Positions 1 through 17,435 of a stretch of 64,000 bases of DNA are shown piece by piece. Origin of the DNA: Eledone cirrhosa (Eukaryota); assembly GCA_964016885.1 (NCBI GenBank), contig OZ024741.1:122202001-122266000 (forward strand), written 5' to 3'. The notes below the pieces were generated by a model. It ran no database searches. It saw only the letters and a program-made list of their open reading frames with translations, and had not been told where the DNA came from. Each line of letters begins with the position of its first letter. Positions within the stretch are counted from its first letter, which is position 1. Made by a program: the position numbers and the translations under genes.

Positions 1-329
1 AAATCGTATTCCTGAGATTTACAAGGTGCTCTTGTCCTCTGTAAGGGTTTCTCTTGAACTTAAGACTTCTTATAATATTAGTTTATTCTTCCTCGAACTG
101 CACTAGATTTTTGTTGGAAGGAGGATTTCTTCTAGAGTCAAATAAATGATCAAGAAAGTTATGTTCCTTAGTATAGAAATTTCCTTTTTGGCGCTGGTCG
201 TGGAAAAAAGGTATCCATCTAAGCCTTCTCACAAAGGAGTCAGTTTTTTCAATCAGAAGTTTAGTGTAGAGTGCTACTTATCCGCTATTTGCATTGCTTT
301 ATTGTGCTACAATAAAGCTCACCTCCTAC

Positions 330-3554
<3,225 letters not shown>

Positions 3555-6500
3555 AGAATTTGGTACTATTACTAATTTATAACATTCCAATAATGGACGC
3601 AGCATGCTTTGAATGGTTACGATGTTCGCGCTTTACAAACATCCACTCACCCACTACGGCATCGTGGCCAAGTGCCACTTACCCTATTTTCGGATCATTC
3701 CAAGACTTGAGTGTGAACTTAGGACAAGGGACAACTGTTTGCAAGCTGTCGGGTGGCTTGTATCGAACATTTAAAAGGTAAACATTGACACACTCTGCGT
3801 CAAGCTGAATTTCCTTTAGAATTATGATATGTATATACACGCCTGAATAATGCTCATACGTAAATTCCCCGAGCAGACGTTTAAATATGAAGATCCATTC
3901 CAAATTTCTAAGATTATTCAAAAGTCATATAGGTTCATTTAGAAACCAATTCATTAACAAAAACGAATATGGAAGCCAATTACAAGTATAGTGTATTTCA
4001 GGTTAAATATTTCAGGTTAAATGCAAAGCTCAATAGCTTTGCAGTAAATGTTATAGCCATACCTGCGGAGTACCAAATAGATTAATACATAAATGAATAA
4101 ATACATAAATAAAAATAATTTCATCAGTACGAGATGAAACAATGAATTTTTCTACCTTATAGAAGTCTAGGCAAAGGCTGCTTATTTTGTTTGTCAATAC
4201 TTTTTTTCATAATCCTTTTCACAAGTTGCCTAATCATGAATGTTTCCATAATAAATTTTGAGCTAACATTTTCAAAATCCGAAATAAAAATGGAATTATT
4301 CGCGTTTTGCAAACATAATCTTCCGCATCCACTCCCTCACTATGTCATATTCAAGATATCAAATTACTATCGTGTCACCGAAAGGAACAGCGAAATTTGA
4401 CATGTGAAAGAAGCTATTCTCATCAACAGAACGAAATCTATCAGTGTATTCTGTTGTAAGCATTTGAGCAAGGCCTCAGGTTTGAAGATAACATCCTCCC
4501 CCGCCTCAGCAGTCCTGGAGGCCCTGAAATGAAAATAAAATGCATTAAGTCGCTGCGTTTTCTTACGTGGCTAAAATATAATAAAATGAATTAATAAGAA
4601 AACGTTTAACGAAGAGTAACCGACAAGAAATTAACTAGGTACCCTATTGATGTCTATTTATATAAATCAGTAAATTAGTTTCATTCTTTTGATTCCTTCT
4701 TTTTTCTATTTTTCTTTCTTTGTTTCTTTCTTTCGTTCTTTCTATGTATAATACTGCTTAGTGCAAGGTCATGTCAAATTAGCAACTATATGGCCGTCGT
4801 TACAACACACATACAGTATACACAACTATTAAAGAAATTCAGAACCAATAGTTAATACTAATTAATAACAGGAAGAATAGTACTACTTTAGTGGAGTGTT
4901 TAAATATTTTTTGTAGATAGTGTAACAAAGTAGTAGATATTTACAATCGACTCACTAACTTTAAATAGTTCTAAGTTTAGTAAAAATTATAACTGTTGTT
5001 TGAATCATTCTTTTCTATTTTCTTATTTAAGTATTATTTTGAGAGACGAAAAATAAAGTAAAAAATGAAATATGCCCTAAAGAATATTTAGAAACAATAT
5101 TGTAGACTGTTGAGATGTTGGTTAGTTTGTAAAAGCGAAAGCTTCCACTTTAAGCAATCATAGTGAACAGCACTTAACCTTTCCCCCTTAGTGATAACTA
5201 CCACTTATTTCTCCGTGGCTGACGTTTTTAATTTTAGCTTGTCTTCAACCAGCACATTGATATTTCTGGTTTCAAACTGTAACGATATTCTATTTAGGGG
5301 TGTTCATTCACAAGGTCAAATGAATACAAAGAAAAAATGATTTGTAACTGTAAATATGTTAGTGCATGCTCACCGAAATCATTGTCTTTGTGTAGTTTAT
5401 CCACGTTATTCACTGTGACTGGAAAGCACATGTACGGGAAAGAACAATCAAATAGCTTAACGGGCGATCGAACGTACCCCACAGATTCAGCTTGCAAAGA
5501 GCTTATAACCAGATATCTACGACTAGACCAGATATTTACAAACATTGTGTTACATATTGTCCCGTGATGTGACGCAACCTTTTGGGGAAAATTAGCGGAT
5601 CCAGAAAATAATCCGAAATCTTGTATCGGTTAAAGATTCATACCTGAACATATAAAATGTGTGCATTCCTCGCTGAAATTTGAGCTGCCATCTCTGCAGT
5701 GTTAGACCTCCTTGCAATGTGAGTTGCCCTCTCTGTTGTATAACAATTTTAATACCGGTTGTTTATAACTTTTTAAAAATTCACTGTAGGTCACAATATT
5801 TTTAGCTCCCCATTCAGTATGCTGTGGTAAACAGAAAGGTTGAAAATCCCTGAAATAGACGGTTAATACTTAGAAACTACACTGAATGAAAACAACACTG
5901 GTTCTAGTATTCAAAACTGTATTTTAAGTGTGTACATTTATCTAAAACCTGCATTCATAAATTTATGTAAAAACTTTTAAGTTGTGTTTGTTTCAAACGC
6001 CGCCTTAATAAGTAATGAAAGTTAGTTAATTTATAAACCCTTCTAAATTTATCGTACATGTTATTACAAAACTATAGACAGAGTTACCCATTAGAAATAT
6101 GGTAACGGAAAGAGTTAAATGGACCCCAGTGCATTGGTGGTGCTTTATTTTATCAACCTCGTAACCTCGGCGGGATTTGAACTCGGACCGTAAAGGGCTG
6201 CAAAGCAAGGAGGAATTGTGTTCAAATTACCTTTGAAAAGATACGTAGATGTAAACCTATCAACGAAAGACCAAGTGGTTGCAATGGAGAGGGCTCCGCT
6301 TACAGAAACCAAAGACATTTGTGGTGGCGATAAATCGGGCGACTTATAGTATCTATTACAGTAAAGATCTTTGGACGAGTTACTGGACAGATTGCATCAA
6401 CCAAATTTCAGACACGATTTAATTGTCGACTCAAACATTGCTTAACTATGTCATTACCATAATTCTACTAAAAGGCATTATATATGACTTTAGAATAATT

Positions 6501-6566
6501 CTTGAAAGTAATCAAGTATTTGGAAGAATTTTGTAATATAACTAACTCTCATTATTAAGATTTTGC

Positions 6567-6772
6567 AGGGCGGTGGACTGGCAGTATCGATAGAGTGTCG
6601 GACACCATGCTTTGCACCATGTTTTGCACCATGTTTTGCAGACCTTTACGGTCCGAGTTCAAATCCCGCCGAGGTTAACTTTGCCTTTCATCCTTACGGG
6701 GTCGATAAAATAAAGTACCAGTAATGCACTGGATAATTTCTTGCCTTGTGCCAAAAGTAGAAACAATTATTA
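6567..6772 (+). mobile_element. tRNA-derived SINE with Nin-like domain (family A, at least 20 copies in window)
   Basis: Head ggcggtggactggcagtatcg, B-box-like GAGTTCAAATCC, body gcctttcatccttacggggtcgataaaataaagtacc, tail agtagaaacaattatta; internal 12-bp triplication ccatgYtttgca. Confidence 0.85.
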
Positions 6773-8204
6773 AGCTGTTGTTTGAAGCACAACTTAACAA
6801 AAGTGTTGTATCTAAGATTTTGCTGGAAGAGTTTTAGATAAATATTTTCTAAAATGAACAGCTCGCATCATAGAACGAATGGTGATTTCAGGGGATGTAT
6901 AAAATCTTTTTATATACATGTTAGTTAAATGAACTGTATATGGGTACGGTAGGATAGCCATCAATGTAGGTGACGACAAAGCTCTATTATCTCTGAGTGT
7001 TATGGTAGATAAAATGACTGGATTCGCGTCAACTTCTTCCGGGTTAGCAGTCTGTCGAGAGAAAGACTACGCCATTAAGTTGTTCATCTGAAGATAATTT
7101 AAATAAAAGCATTTTTTCAGGGATGTCCTTACAACTCTATGTGTTATGTAACAAACATGTACACCTATAAACACTCATACACAAACACTAACGTCTTGAA
7201 GCATGAGTATGTTGAATATTACTATAACAATGGCAACCAACAAACAGGCCAATGCAGAAACAGATGGTGCATATGTACACACTGAAACTAACACACTTAA
7301 ATATACTTGCAAATAAAGAAGTTAAGAAATATACACACTAATCCCACTTACGTTACTTATACATACTTAGAAAGAAACAAAGCAATATATGTATGTGTGT
7401 GTGTGTATTTATGAATGTATCTATGTATGTATGTATATATATATATGTGTATGTGTGTGTTGGTCTGTGAGCATGCGTGTGTAATAAAAAAAAAAACAAT
7501 CGGAACGAACAAAGAAAAAAGTATAAAAGCAAAATGAAACACTTAGCTAGAGATTGAAATACTTGTAAGAATCGCGGATGTCAGGGCGCCCCACTTCCGG
7601 CCACGATCTTAGCACTAACAAAACCAGTGCTATTAACCTGGGCTACATATCACAGATGCCTTGGACCACAAGAACCTGCTTTCAGACAAAGAGAAATCGC
7701 AAATTTAAACAAAGATTAAACACCTTCAACAATTAGAGAAAATCATAAACACACACACATACATACACACATACACACACGAACACATACCCATATAAAT
7801 ATATATATACATATATATTATTTTCCTTCAAAGTGCACAACAGGTCATGCAAAATCTATGTACCAAAATATTCACACTTTTGGGATATTTTTATTGGATT
7901 TTTCTGAATTCGTCTCACGCTAGTAAGTACTTATAATGATTAATTATATTTGTGTAGTGTGCATGTTTCAGTGGTTAAAACAGAAGATAGACTTGTCCGT
8001 ACTCTCTTCATGTATTTTTGTATTCTTTTACGCTTTTGTATGCTATTACTGGTTTCAGTCATTGGACGGTAGCCATGATTGATCAGTATATAATATCCAA
8101 GACCGGTACTTATTATGTCGAATACTTTTCGTTGTACCGGGTGCAGGACATAAACACATACACACACCGACATACATACACGTATACAAATATAAACGCG
8201 GATT

Positions 8205-8491
<287 letters not shown>

Positions 8492-8552
8492 GACGGGATT
8501 CAGCAGTTTCGGTCTACAACATTCTACTCACAGGGCATTGTTCCGGCTGAAG

Positions 8553-8712
8553 TAATAATTGTTTCTGCTTTAGGCACAAGGCCAGCAATTACCCAGTGCA
8601 TTACTGGTACTTTATTTTATCGACCCCGTAAGGATGAAAGGCAAAGTCAACCTCGGCGGCATTTGAACTCAGATCGTAAAGGGACGTAACTATGCTGGAA
8701 AGCATGGCGTCT
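8553..8712 (-). mobile_element. SINE family A copy
   Basis: Reverse complement of the Nin-like body and tail (ggtactttattttatcgaccccgtaaggatgaaaggc). Confidence 0.85.
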
Positions 8713-8887
8713 GAAGCAATAATTCAAGAAATATGCACAAGTTGTCGTGCAGTGAGGTAGGCTGAACACGGAATCACGTGGTTTCGAAACGTATCCGTTA
8801 GCCATAAAATTATGCATGTTACTCTGCAAAATATAAATGCAATATTACTCTATTACAAGCATGCATGTATGTAAGTATGAATGTATC

Positions 8888-8985
<98 letters not shown>

Positions 8986-9341
8986 TAGATAGATATATGT
9001 ATATATATATATTTATATACGCTCAAAATATTCACGCACGCACACATATGCATGTATATATGTATGTATGTGTGTGTATGTGTGTGATTTTTTTTGTGCA
9101 AGACTATCAGAGTAGTAGTTGGCAGGATTTATCATGTATCTATTCATTTACTGTAACCAATGTTATTGGGAGAGGCCTGCGCATCACTACTCCCCATTCC
9201 CCTGTCTCTAAATGAAATACACTAATAATCACACTTTTCATGGCTAATGGATATTTCAAATAAGGAGAGATAAAAAAAAACATTGTCAATTTCGATATCA
9301 CGTAAGAATGTGGAATGTGTATATCAAAACATCTCTCTCTC

Positions 9342-9374
<33 letters not shown>

Positions 9375-9430
9375 ATCTCTCCCCCTCTCTCTATCTCTCT
9401 TTCTGTATATATATATATATATCTATCTAA

Positions 9431-9523
9431 GGCGGGTAAAATTCCCGAGATCCATGGACGAGCTCTCTCCAGGGGTCTCTGTCCCTCATTATCGCTGCCA
9501 TATCCTGCATCTCCAACAAGGTT

Positions 9524-9527
<4 letters not shown>
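9431..9527 (-). mobile_element. Short 3' fragment of an RTE-like LINE between (TA)n tracts
   Basis: Minus-strand translation ...[19 protein letters not shown].., resembling the RTE ORF C-terminal 'DRxxWR' motif. Confidence 0.5.
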
Positions 9528-9595
<68 letters not shown>

Positions 9596-10417
9596 TATAT
9601 ACATATATACATATATAAACACACACATATATATATATGTGTGTGCGTCTGTGTGTGTGTGCATATGTGTATGTGTGTGTTTTTTATTCTTTGTTACTCC
9701 GAAGTCATCTCAGATCGAGAAGACTTTCGATAAAACAGAAGTGCTCCAATCATGATGAATCATATTTGAGAGCGTATAGTATCGAAGACCAGGTTTTTTT
9801 TTTTTTGCTCTTTATTTTAAAATTAACAGGAGAATGCAATTTGAAAGACATTTGGCCGCTATTTCTTGCACTGTCTGTCACCATGTATTCTCTCTCTTCA
9901 CGTGGCTGATATATGAGTATGTGTGTGTTTGTGTGTGTGAGTCATGTATGAATGTACACCTACTTCAATACATACTAACCCTTCATACGAACATGAACCT
10001 GTGTCTACGTGTATATCAAGGAAGTAGACGAGATACAACAAATATATAGAAACTATATTAATGATGTTATAAGATCTATCACGAACACCACCAGATTGTG
10101 ACTAAAGTTTTTTACACATACCAACGTGCATAAATATACATACAGGGCTGCATACATAACTGCATGCATACCATACATATATACACGTATTTAAAAACAC
10201 ACACACATATATATATATATATATTTATATATAACCAAATTAAAAGATATATGTTTATAGAAAGAGTGAAAGGGCTCTAGATAAAGTCTATTGAGCTTAC
10301 TTATTGAGAAAACCAAATCTCTAAACATATCTGTTATGTTTTGATGTATTTGTATATATATATATAATATATTCCTTCCATATACTGTACCGATTGTGTT
10401 ATTTCTATTCACCTTTA

Positions 10418-10451
<34 letters not shown>

Positions 10452-10985
10452 TTATATGCAATTCCACATACATACATTCATTCATACATACATATTTACT
10501 TATATACATACGAGTACATCTCTGTGCTGTGATCGGCCCCTTCGAGAAAATGGCCACATGCCAAAGTAACAGGCTACTAAATCAGCCTAATTCATAAAAT
10601 ACCCCACTCCATTACACATGAATTCGATCTTAGGGTGTTCAGCTCACGAGCATGTAAGGTCGTGAATTCGATTCCTAAGGGAAATTGTGTCCTTGATCTT
10701 ATGTATGTCATGTCACTATAGTTCATTCAGGTGGAAAAGGATTTGTGCTTGCATGTAATGCACCCTGACACGCTGGATCTCCCTAAGCGTTTTTGTGGGA
10801 TGCCCAGCCACCTGCACGTTTAATTTCACGTAGATCAAACAACTAGAATACTGTACATTGGAACCAATAGCGGTCCAATACACACTTTATTATGGTCCTA
10901 TTGCGACCGTGCCTGTGTTGTTATCGTTGTGAATATCTGCAAAGGATCACGTTATGGGCCTAGTTGCCTAGTTATACTATAATTC

Positions 10986-11044
<59 letters not shown>

Positions 11045-11047
<3 letters not shown>

Positions 11048-11626
11048 TGGCTGCCAACTCGTTTTCGAGTACGGCCACTACTTTATATCCATGTAGGAGA
11101 ACTCCTACCGATGCGCTGAACGAATGTAACTTTAGTCCAGCCAGCGACTTGAAAACTCTGGTACAAACACTACACCTGTGACAATTATTGACACATAGTG
11201 CTAGGTCCATGGTACCATGTGACGACAAGTGCAGAGAGATCTCCAGATACAAAGCAATATAGTGAGCAAAGGCACTGCACAAAGCCAGTCCCACTCTCTT
11301 AACCAAGATGATATTTACCAAAAAGAAGAACAAGTCAACATCATTGGATACCAACAGGGTTGCAGGTGTTATATCAGAGTTTTCCTTCTCCTAGAATTCT
11401 GCCTTGACAAAGGCTAAGGGGTCATCTCTCCCAGTGATTTTGGATGGCCATTGACTCTTAAGAGCTCCTTTGCCCTTTGACAGGTTTTGTTTTTACTCCT
11501 GCAGGATGTCCAAAGTCACCCTCCTCACCAAGAAACCTTGGTGGGGTTGCCAGTTTAGTCGCCAACGACCCGACCATGAGACAGGTTGTACTGGGATACA
11601 TGTTACCAGTAGCACCAACTGGTGAC

Positions 11627-11628
<2 letters not shown>
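11045..11628 (-). mobile_element. Non-autonomous bipartite RTE derivative (5' UTR fused to the C-terminal zinc finger and 3' end)
   Basis: RTE 5'UTR-type motif ttctaggagaaggaaaactctg. The 3' part encodes CSVCTRVFKSLAGLKLH, matching CRLCARHFRSLAGLKIH of the long RTE at 30005. Flanked on both sides by (TA)n. Confidence 0.75.
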
Positions 11629-12008
<380 letters not shown>

Positions 12009-12225
12009 GGCGTGTGGCTGAGTGGTTAGAGAATTGGATTCGCAATCGTAAGGTTGTGAGTTCGATTCATGGACCAGGCGATGCGTTATGTCCTTGAGCA
12101 AGACACTTTATTTCACGTTGCTCCTTCTACCTGGAGTTGCGACCGATAGATAGTATTAGCAATTGGAAAGACCAACGGAAACGTTGTTCCCTCGGTCCGA
12201 TTAGACGAAAGTCGATCGTTCCTTT
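12009..12225 (+). mobile_element. tRNA-derived SINE family B (CORE-like domain)
   Basis: tRNA-like head ggcgtgtggctgagtggttaga...gagttcgattc, then tgtccttgagcaagacacttt. Related copies at about 14130-14340, 15190-15335(-), 46860-47145(-), 52796-53000 and 58035-58150. Confidence 0.75.
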
Positions 12226-12319
12226 TTATATATAGACATATATATATATAGAAATATATATATATATAGAAATATATATATATATTGTTATACTTGGGGA
12301 GGGTCATATTTGTGTAATA

Positions 12320-12505
12320 ATAATTATTTCTACGTTAGGCACAAGGCCAGCAATTACCCAGTGCATTACTGGTACTTTATTTTATCGACCCCGTAAGGAT
12401 GAAAGGCAAAGTTAAGCTCGGCGGGATTTGAACTCAGAATGGCAAGGGCCGTAACTCTATGCGTCAAAGCATGGTGTCCGACCCTCTACCAATACTGCCA
12501 ATCTA
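12320..12505 (-). mobile_element. SINE family A copy
   Basis: Reverse-complement match to 6567-6772. Confidence 0.85.
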
Positions 12506-13619
12506 ATGAAAAGATGGCGTAGAAAATACAATGCAACGGGAGGAAACAATAGCGCCACTGACGATGTTGCAGATGTGCAACGAAAGAACTTTGATAAACT
12601 ATATATATGTGTCTGTATCTGTATTTTTGATCGTTGGTCAGTCAATGGCAATATTGAGGACCAAATAAATTAGATTACAGATATAAAAGACACAGAAGCG
12701 AAAAGCGAAAACCAGCCAAACAGTGAGTGTGTTCTGTTATTAATTCTGGCAATATTACACAAATATGACCCTCCCCAAGTATTACAATATTTGTTTTGAC
12801 ACACGATTTCATATAAAAAACCTCGCAAAACTAATATATATATATATATATAATAAACTAAAATAAATAAGTCAAATATTTAAAATATTTAAAATATTTG
12901 ACTTATTTATTTTAGTTTATTTTACATTACTCAGGGAATATTTATAATATTCCCATTCTACAAATTACACAGCCCAGTGAAATCAAGAGAAAAATCAAAG
13001 AAAAGAATTTTATTGATAAATTCAAACCCAAGCTAAATGAACAATAATAATGCGTAGGCGTATTACTTCTACTATGACTATGACTACAACCATGTCGACT
13101 AAGACCACTAACAACAACAACAATAATAATAATAATAAAAGTGATGTTGATGGTGATGATTACTAGAAAATGCTATTTTCATCATTTCTAAAAATAGCTA
13201 AACAATTGATGCTTTGGATAGGATCAATTAGTGGTCGTTAAACATGCTCAACCAACCGTGACGCCTAAACCAATCAGCTTTAGTAATTCAGTGAAACTAC
13301 ACACCGATTGGTCGAAATACACTTTGCAAGATTTAGCATTCTGGAGCCACTTTTCACTGTATATAAGGTACAAAATTTACCCATCTCATTACAGTTGAAA
13401 ATTGCAAACTTGACTGTCACCACACATTATGAACCTGAAGATTGCGAAAGCATGAAAGTACTTGTTCAATTAACACTTAACATTTAATATTCTATCATAC
13501 TATTTCATTATAATACCATTATAAATTTTAAAGGATTGTAAATAAAACGAGTAAATCAGACAAAGTTGGAATTCCTCTTATTAATATAATCTTCTATACA
13601 CAATCATACACACCCGTGT

Positions 13620-13772
<153 letters not shown>

Positions 13773-14478
13773 TTGCAGAAGTCACCGAATTTATTTTAGT
13801 GACCAGCGACCGTAGCTCATACGTTCAATAAAATAACAAGTGAGCAGTTAATAGACTGCTCGTTGTAGGACAGAGCGAACACAATCAGTTAGTGAATTCT
13901 ACTGCAATTATCAGGTATTAGTTATTCTGATCTATCTCCCGGATGGAATTCTGTTCCCTCGCAATTATTCGACTGTAACAGTTTTTATCAGCGTTATATG
14001 CTGCGGATTATGTAACAACGGTGAATGCTACACAATCCGGGCTAATTACGACTCATCAGAGAGAGGAGAATAATGGGAGAGAAATTCTCATCAGTTATAT
14101 GACATCGTATTATCTGTATCTCTCCCCTTTAGGATGTTAGACTTACAATCATAATGTTCGATTCCTGGACATGGTGCTGCGTTGTGTTCTTGAGCAAAAC
14201 ACTTTATTTTTCGTTGCTTCAGTAGACTCAGTTATCGATGGGGAGTTAATGCTACGATAGACCAGCGTCATATCCAGGGAGAATATTGTACTCTCAGTTG
14301 CTTAATGCTAAAGAAACCAGTGACAAGCACCTGCCTGAATTTCTCCTCTCTTGAAATCCATGTTGATTTATACACTCTAAAGTCTCAGAGGAAGATATTT
14401 CATATTTTCTTTTCTGATAAGCCAGATTACTCTAGTATATGGATTTACTTCCATATTCTAGTAACTTACTAAAATGAA

Positions 14479-14568
<90 letters not shown>

Positions 14569-14653
14569 ATAATAATAAGTTTGAAGACTAAAATCCAAAG
14601 AGGGCTCGATAAGGATAAATATATATCAAATATATAAGAACCGTAGAGCAAAT

Positions 14654-14848
14654 ATTTATTAAAATAACAGATTAAAGTTTAAGCAAAGAATCGCTGCTTT
14701 CACCCTTAACGGGATCTTGTGGACATAGAAGTAAATATTTCAAAAAACGTGTTTTGAAATATTTACTTCTGCGTTCACAGATTGACTTTGTTAGTTTCAG
14801 AAGATCCGATTCTTAGCTTAAACTTTAATCTGTTATTTTAATAAATAA
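14654..14848. repeat. Fold-back (inverted repeat) cassette between (TA)n tracts
   Basis: Outer arms tatttattaaaataacagattaaagtttaagc / gcttaaactttaatctgttattttaataaata plus an inner hairpin gaagtaaatatttcaaaa / ttttgaaatatttacttc; a single arm recurs at about 34669-34750. Confidence 0.85.
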
Positions 14849-14866
14849 ATATATATATATATATAT

Positions 14867-14988
14867 ATAGGAAAAAGTATGACCCCGACGGCAGAGCTCA
14901 AGCCGTTTCGACGGCTATTTCTGGACGCGTCCAGAAATAGCCGTCGAAACGGTTTGAGCTCTGCCGTCGGGGTCATACTTTTTCCTAT
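14867..14988. repeat. 122-bp near-perfect palindrome containing the 3' half of a hammerhead motif
   Basis: Centre ggacg|cgtcc at 14927/14928, one mismatch; each arm has GAAA-cgg..ccg-TC. Confidence 0.92.
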
Positions 14989-15338
14989 TACCCACTCTAC
15001 TACCCTAAGAATTGAGTACTCTGGTGCGTTATGGTCCATCTGGTTCTTTACCACAATTCCTTCGTTATATATATATATATATATATATATCACCTTGATC
15101 ACCTTCACCGACCAATCTGTCGGGCGCCAATCGGTTTATGGTTTAAGCCATAAGATAACGGATCCCACTGGCTGGGTGGGCAGGCCGGTACTCACTTCTA
15201 CAGCTGAGTAAACTGGAGCAACGTGAAATAAAGTGTCTTTCTCAAGGAAACAACACATCACCCGGTCCGAGAATTGAACTGACAACCTTTCGATTGCAAG
15301 CCCAAATGCTCTAACCACTGAGCCATGCGCCTTCAAAC

Positions 15339-15496
<158 letters not shown>

Positions 15497-15584
15497 ATAT
15501 GTATATATATATGTATGTATATATGTATATATATATGTATATATATATATATATATGTATTATGTATATATATATATATATATA

Positions 15585-15993
15585 TATCATAAAACATGTC
15601 TATAGAATCACAAGAAAAAATATATACTATTTCCTCTCCCAATTAGCATAATTAACTATATAAAAAATCGAATAGACCAGGCTATACGAATGAGGCTCTA
15701 TGAAGGAATCTGCGACAAATACCGAAACTAGCGCTTCTAGTTCTCCTAGTTTATTTTAAACCTAATTCTGTTTAGTTGACTATATCTAGGCGATTACGCT
15801 GTCGAAATATTCGATAAATATTCCGCTACGGCCGACGCGAAGCGCTAGTTTCGGTATTTGTCGGAGATTCCTTCATAGAAGCCTCATTCGTATAGCCTGG
15901 TCTATTCGATTTTTTTATATAGTTAATTATGCTAATTGGGAGAGGAAATAGTATATATTTTATCTTGTGATTCTGTAGACATGTTTTATGATA
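15585..15993. repeat. Long inverted repeat (about 153-bp arms, about 100-bp spacer) adjoining (TA)n
   Basis: 15585-15737 is the reverse complement of 15839-15993; diverged single copy at about 34145-34305. Confidence 0.92.
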
Positions 15994-16065
15994 TATAGCT
16001 CTGATTGTTTAATTTATTAATTTTTCATTGAGCCACAAAGTGACCAGTTGCAAAACACGTATATG

Positions 16066-16154
<89 letters not shown>

Positions 16155-16249
16155 TAAAATAACAAGTGAACTCATTCTCACCGTTACTATTTGTTATAGC
16201 ACTAATACCGATAACACTAACACTTAGAAAAATAAAAATGTGCTACCAA

Positions 16250-16900
16250 TTTGGAAAGAAAGGTTTATTCATAAACTATCATCTGTTTATGGATGACTAA
16301 AACTGTTTAGGAAGTCTAAAAACCAATTAGACTCATTAGTTAAAACAGCTCAGATATGTAGCAGTGACATTGGTATGGAATTTGGGATTCCCACATGCTC
16401 TGTACTCAACATGAAAAGAAGGAACAAAGCAGCATGTAGCGGATTACATCTGCCATGGGGAGAAACCATGGGAGAACCAGAAGATAGTGGCTATAAATGC
16501 TTGGGGATATTTTGCACACAAAAATGAAAAGTTTAGAGGTATATATTTTAAAAGAGCAAAAATGATTTAAACATCCAGCTTGAATGTGAGAAATCTTGTC
16601 ACTGCAATTAATATCTGGGCAGTTGCAGTGGTTAATAGACTATACATAAAGAGAAAGAATGACACGAATATTGCGAGTTAGGAGATGGAAAAAATCGCCA
16701 TGTACTCTGAATCGAAACTGGAGATGACAAGACTATATGGAATGCAAGAGGGTAATGTGAAAGTGATACCAATTAAGGTCAATCCCATTGAAAATTCAAG
16801 ATTTCTTAAAGCGACTGGGAATACCATAGAGTTTGGGTGTCATTCAAAATTTGGCTTTGCTAGGTACTGCGCACAGTACTAGTTATCAGGCTTAAAGCCA
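16250..16900 (+). pseudogene. Highly decayed R4/Dong-type non-LTR RT fragment
   Basis: catctgtttatggatgactaa = HLFMDD*, later YKCLGI and LNVRNLVTAINIWAVAVV. Confidence 0.6.
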
Positions 16901-16912
16901 AAGTGTTATCCA

Positions 16913-17435
16913 TATAATTGTTTCTACCTTTGGCACAAGGCCAGCAATTACCCAATACATTACTGGTACTTTATTTTATCGACCCCGTAAGGATGAAAGG
17001 CAAAGTTAACCTCGGCGGGTTTTGAACTCAGACCGTAAAGGGACGTAACTATGCTGGAAAACATGGCGTCCGACTCTCTACCGATACTGCCAATCCATAA
17101 TGTTGTGAGATTAGGGTGTTGAATTGGCAGAATTGGTAAAACATCAAATAAAATGCCATTGCAGTATTTCTCCTGGCTCTCTACATTCTGAGTTCAAATC
17201 CTGTCGGGGTCAACTTTGCCTTTCATCCTTCTGGGATCCGATAAAATAAAGTACCAGTCAAGTAATGGGGTTGATGTAATCAACTCTGCTCTTCCCGTAA
17301 AGTGTTGATCATTATTAATGCTTTCTTTCTTCGATAAAATAAAGTACTAGTAATGCCCTGGGGTCGATTTAAATGACTCCCAACACCCTCTCAAAACATT
17401 GCTGACCTTGTACCTAAATCATAAACAACTATTAT
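16913..17435. mobile_element. Head-to-head pair of SINE family A copies
   Basis: Minus copy 16913-17095; plus copy from about 17115 with a duplicated body. Confidence 0.8.

Noticed and set aside
12009-12085. tRNA gene
   Set aside because: A/B-box-like head but no intact cloverleaf, and it continues into a SINE body
13790-14130. First exon or promoter of the LRP-like gene
   Set aside because: Unique sequence with a possible donor at about 13915, but no ATG-signal-peptide frame ending in phase 1 could be shown
14686-14720. Hammerhead in the 14654/34669 family (..aaga-tccc/gggt-GAAA-gcagc)
   Set aside because: Core lacks UGA and there is no UH cleavage site in register
14833-15211. Identical peptide MTPTAELKPFRRLFLDASRN on both strands
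   Set aside because: A consequence of the 122-bp palindrome; no coding evidence
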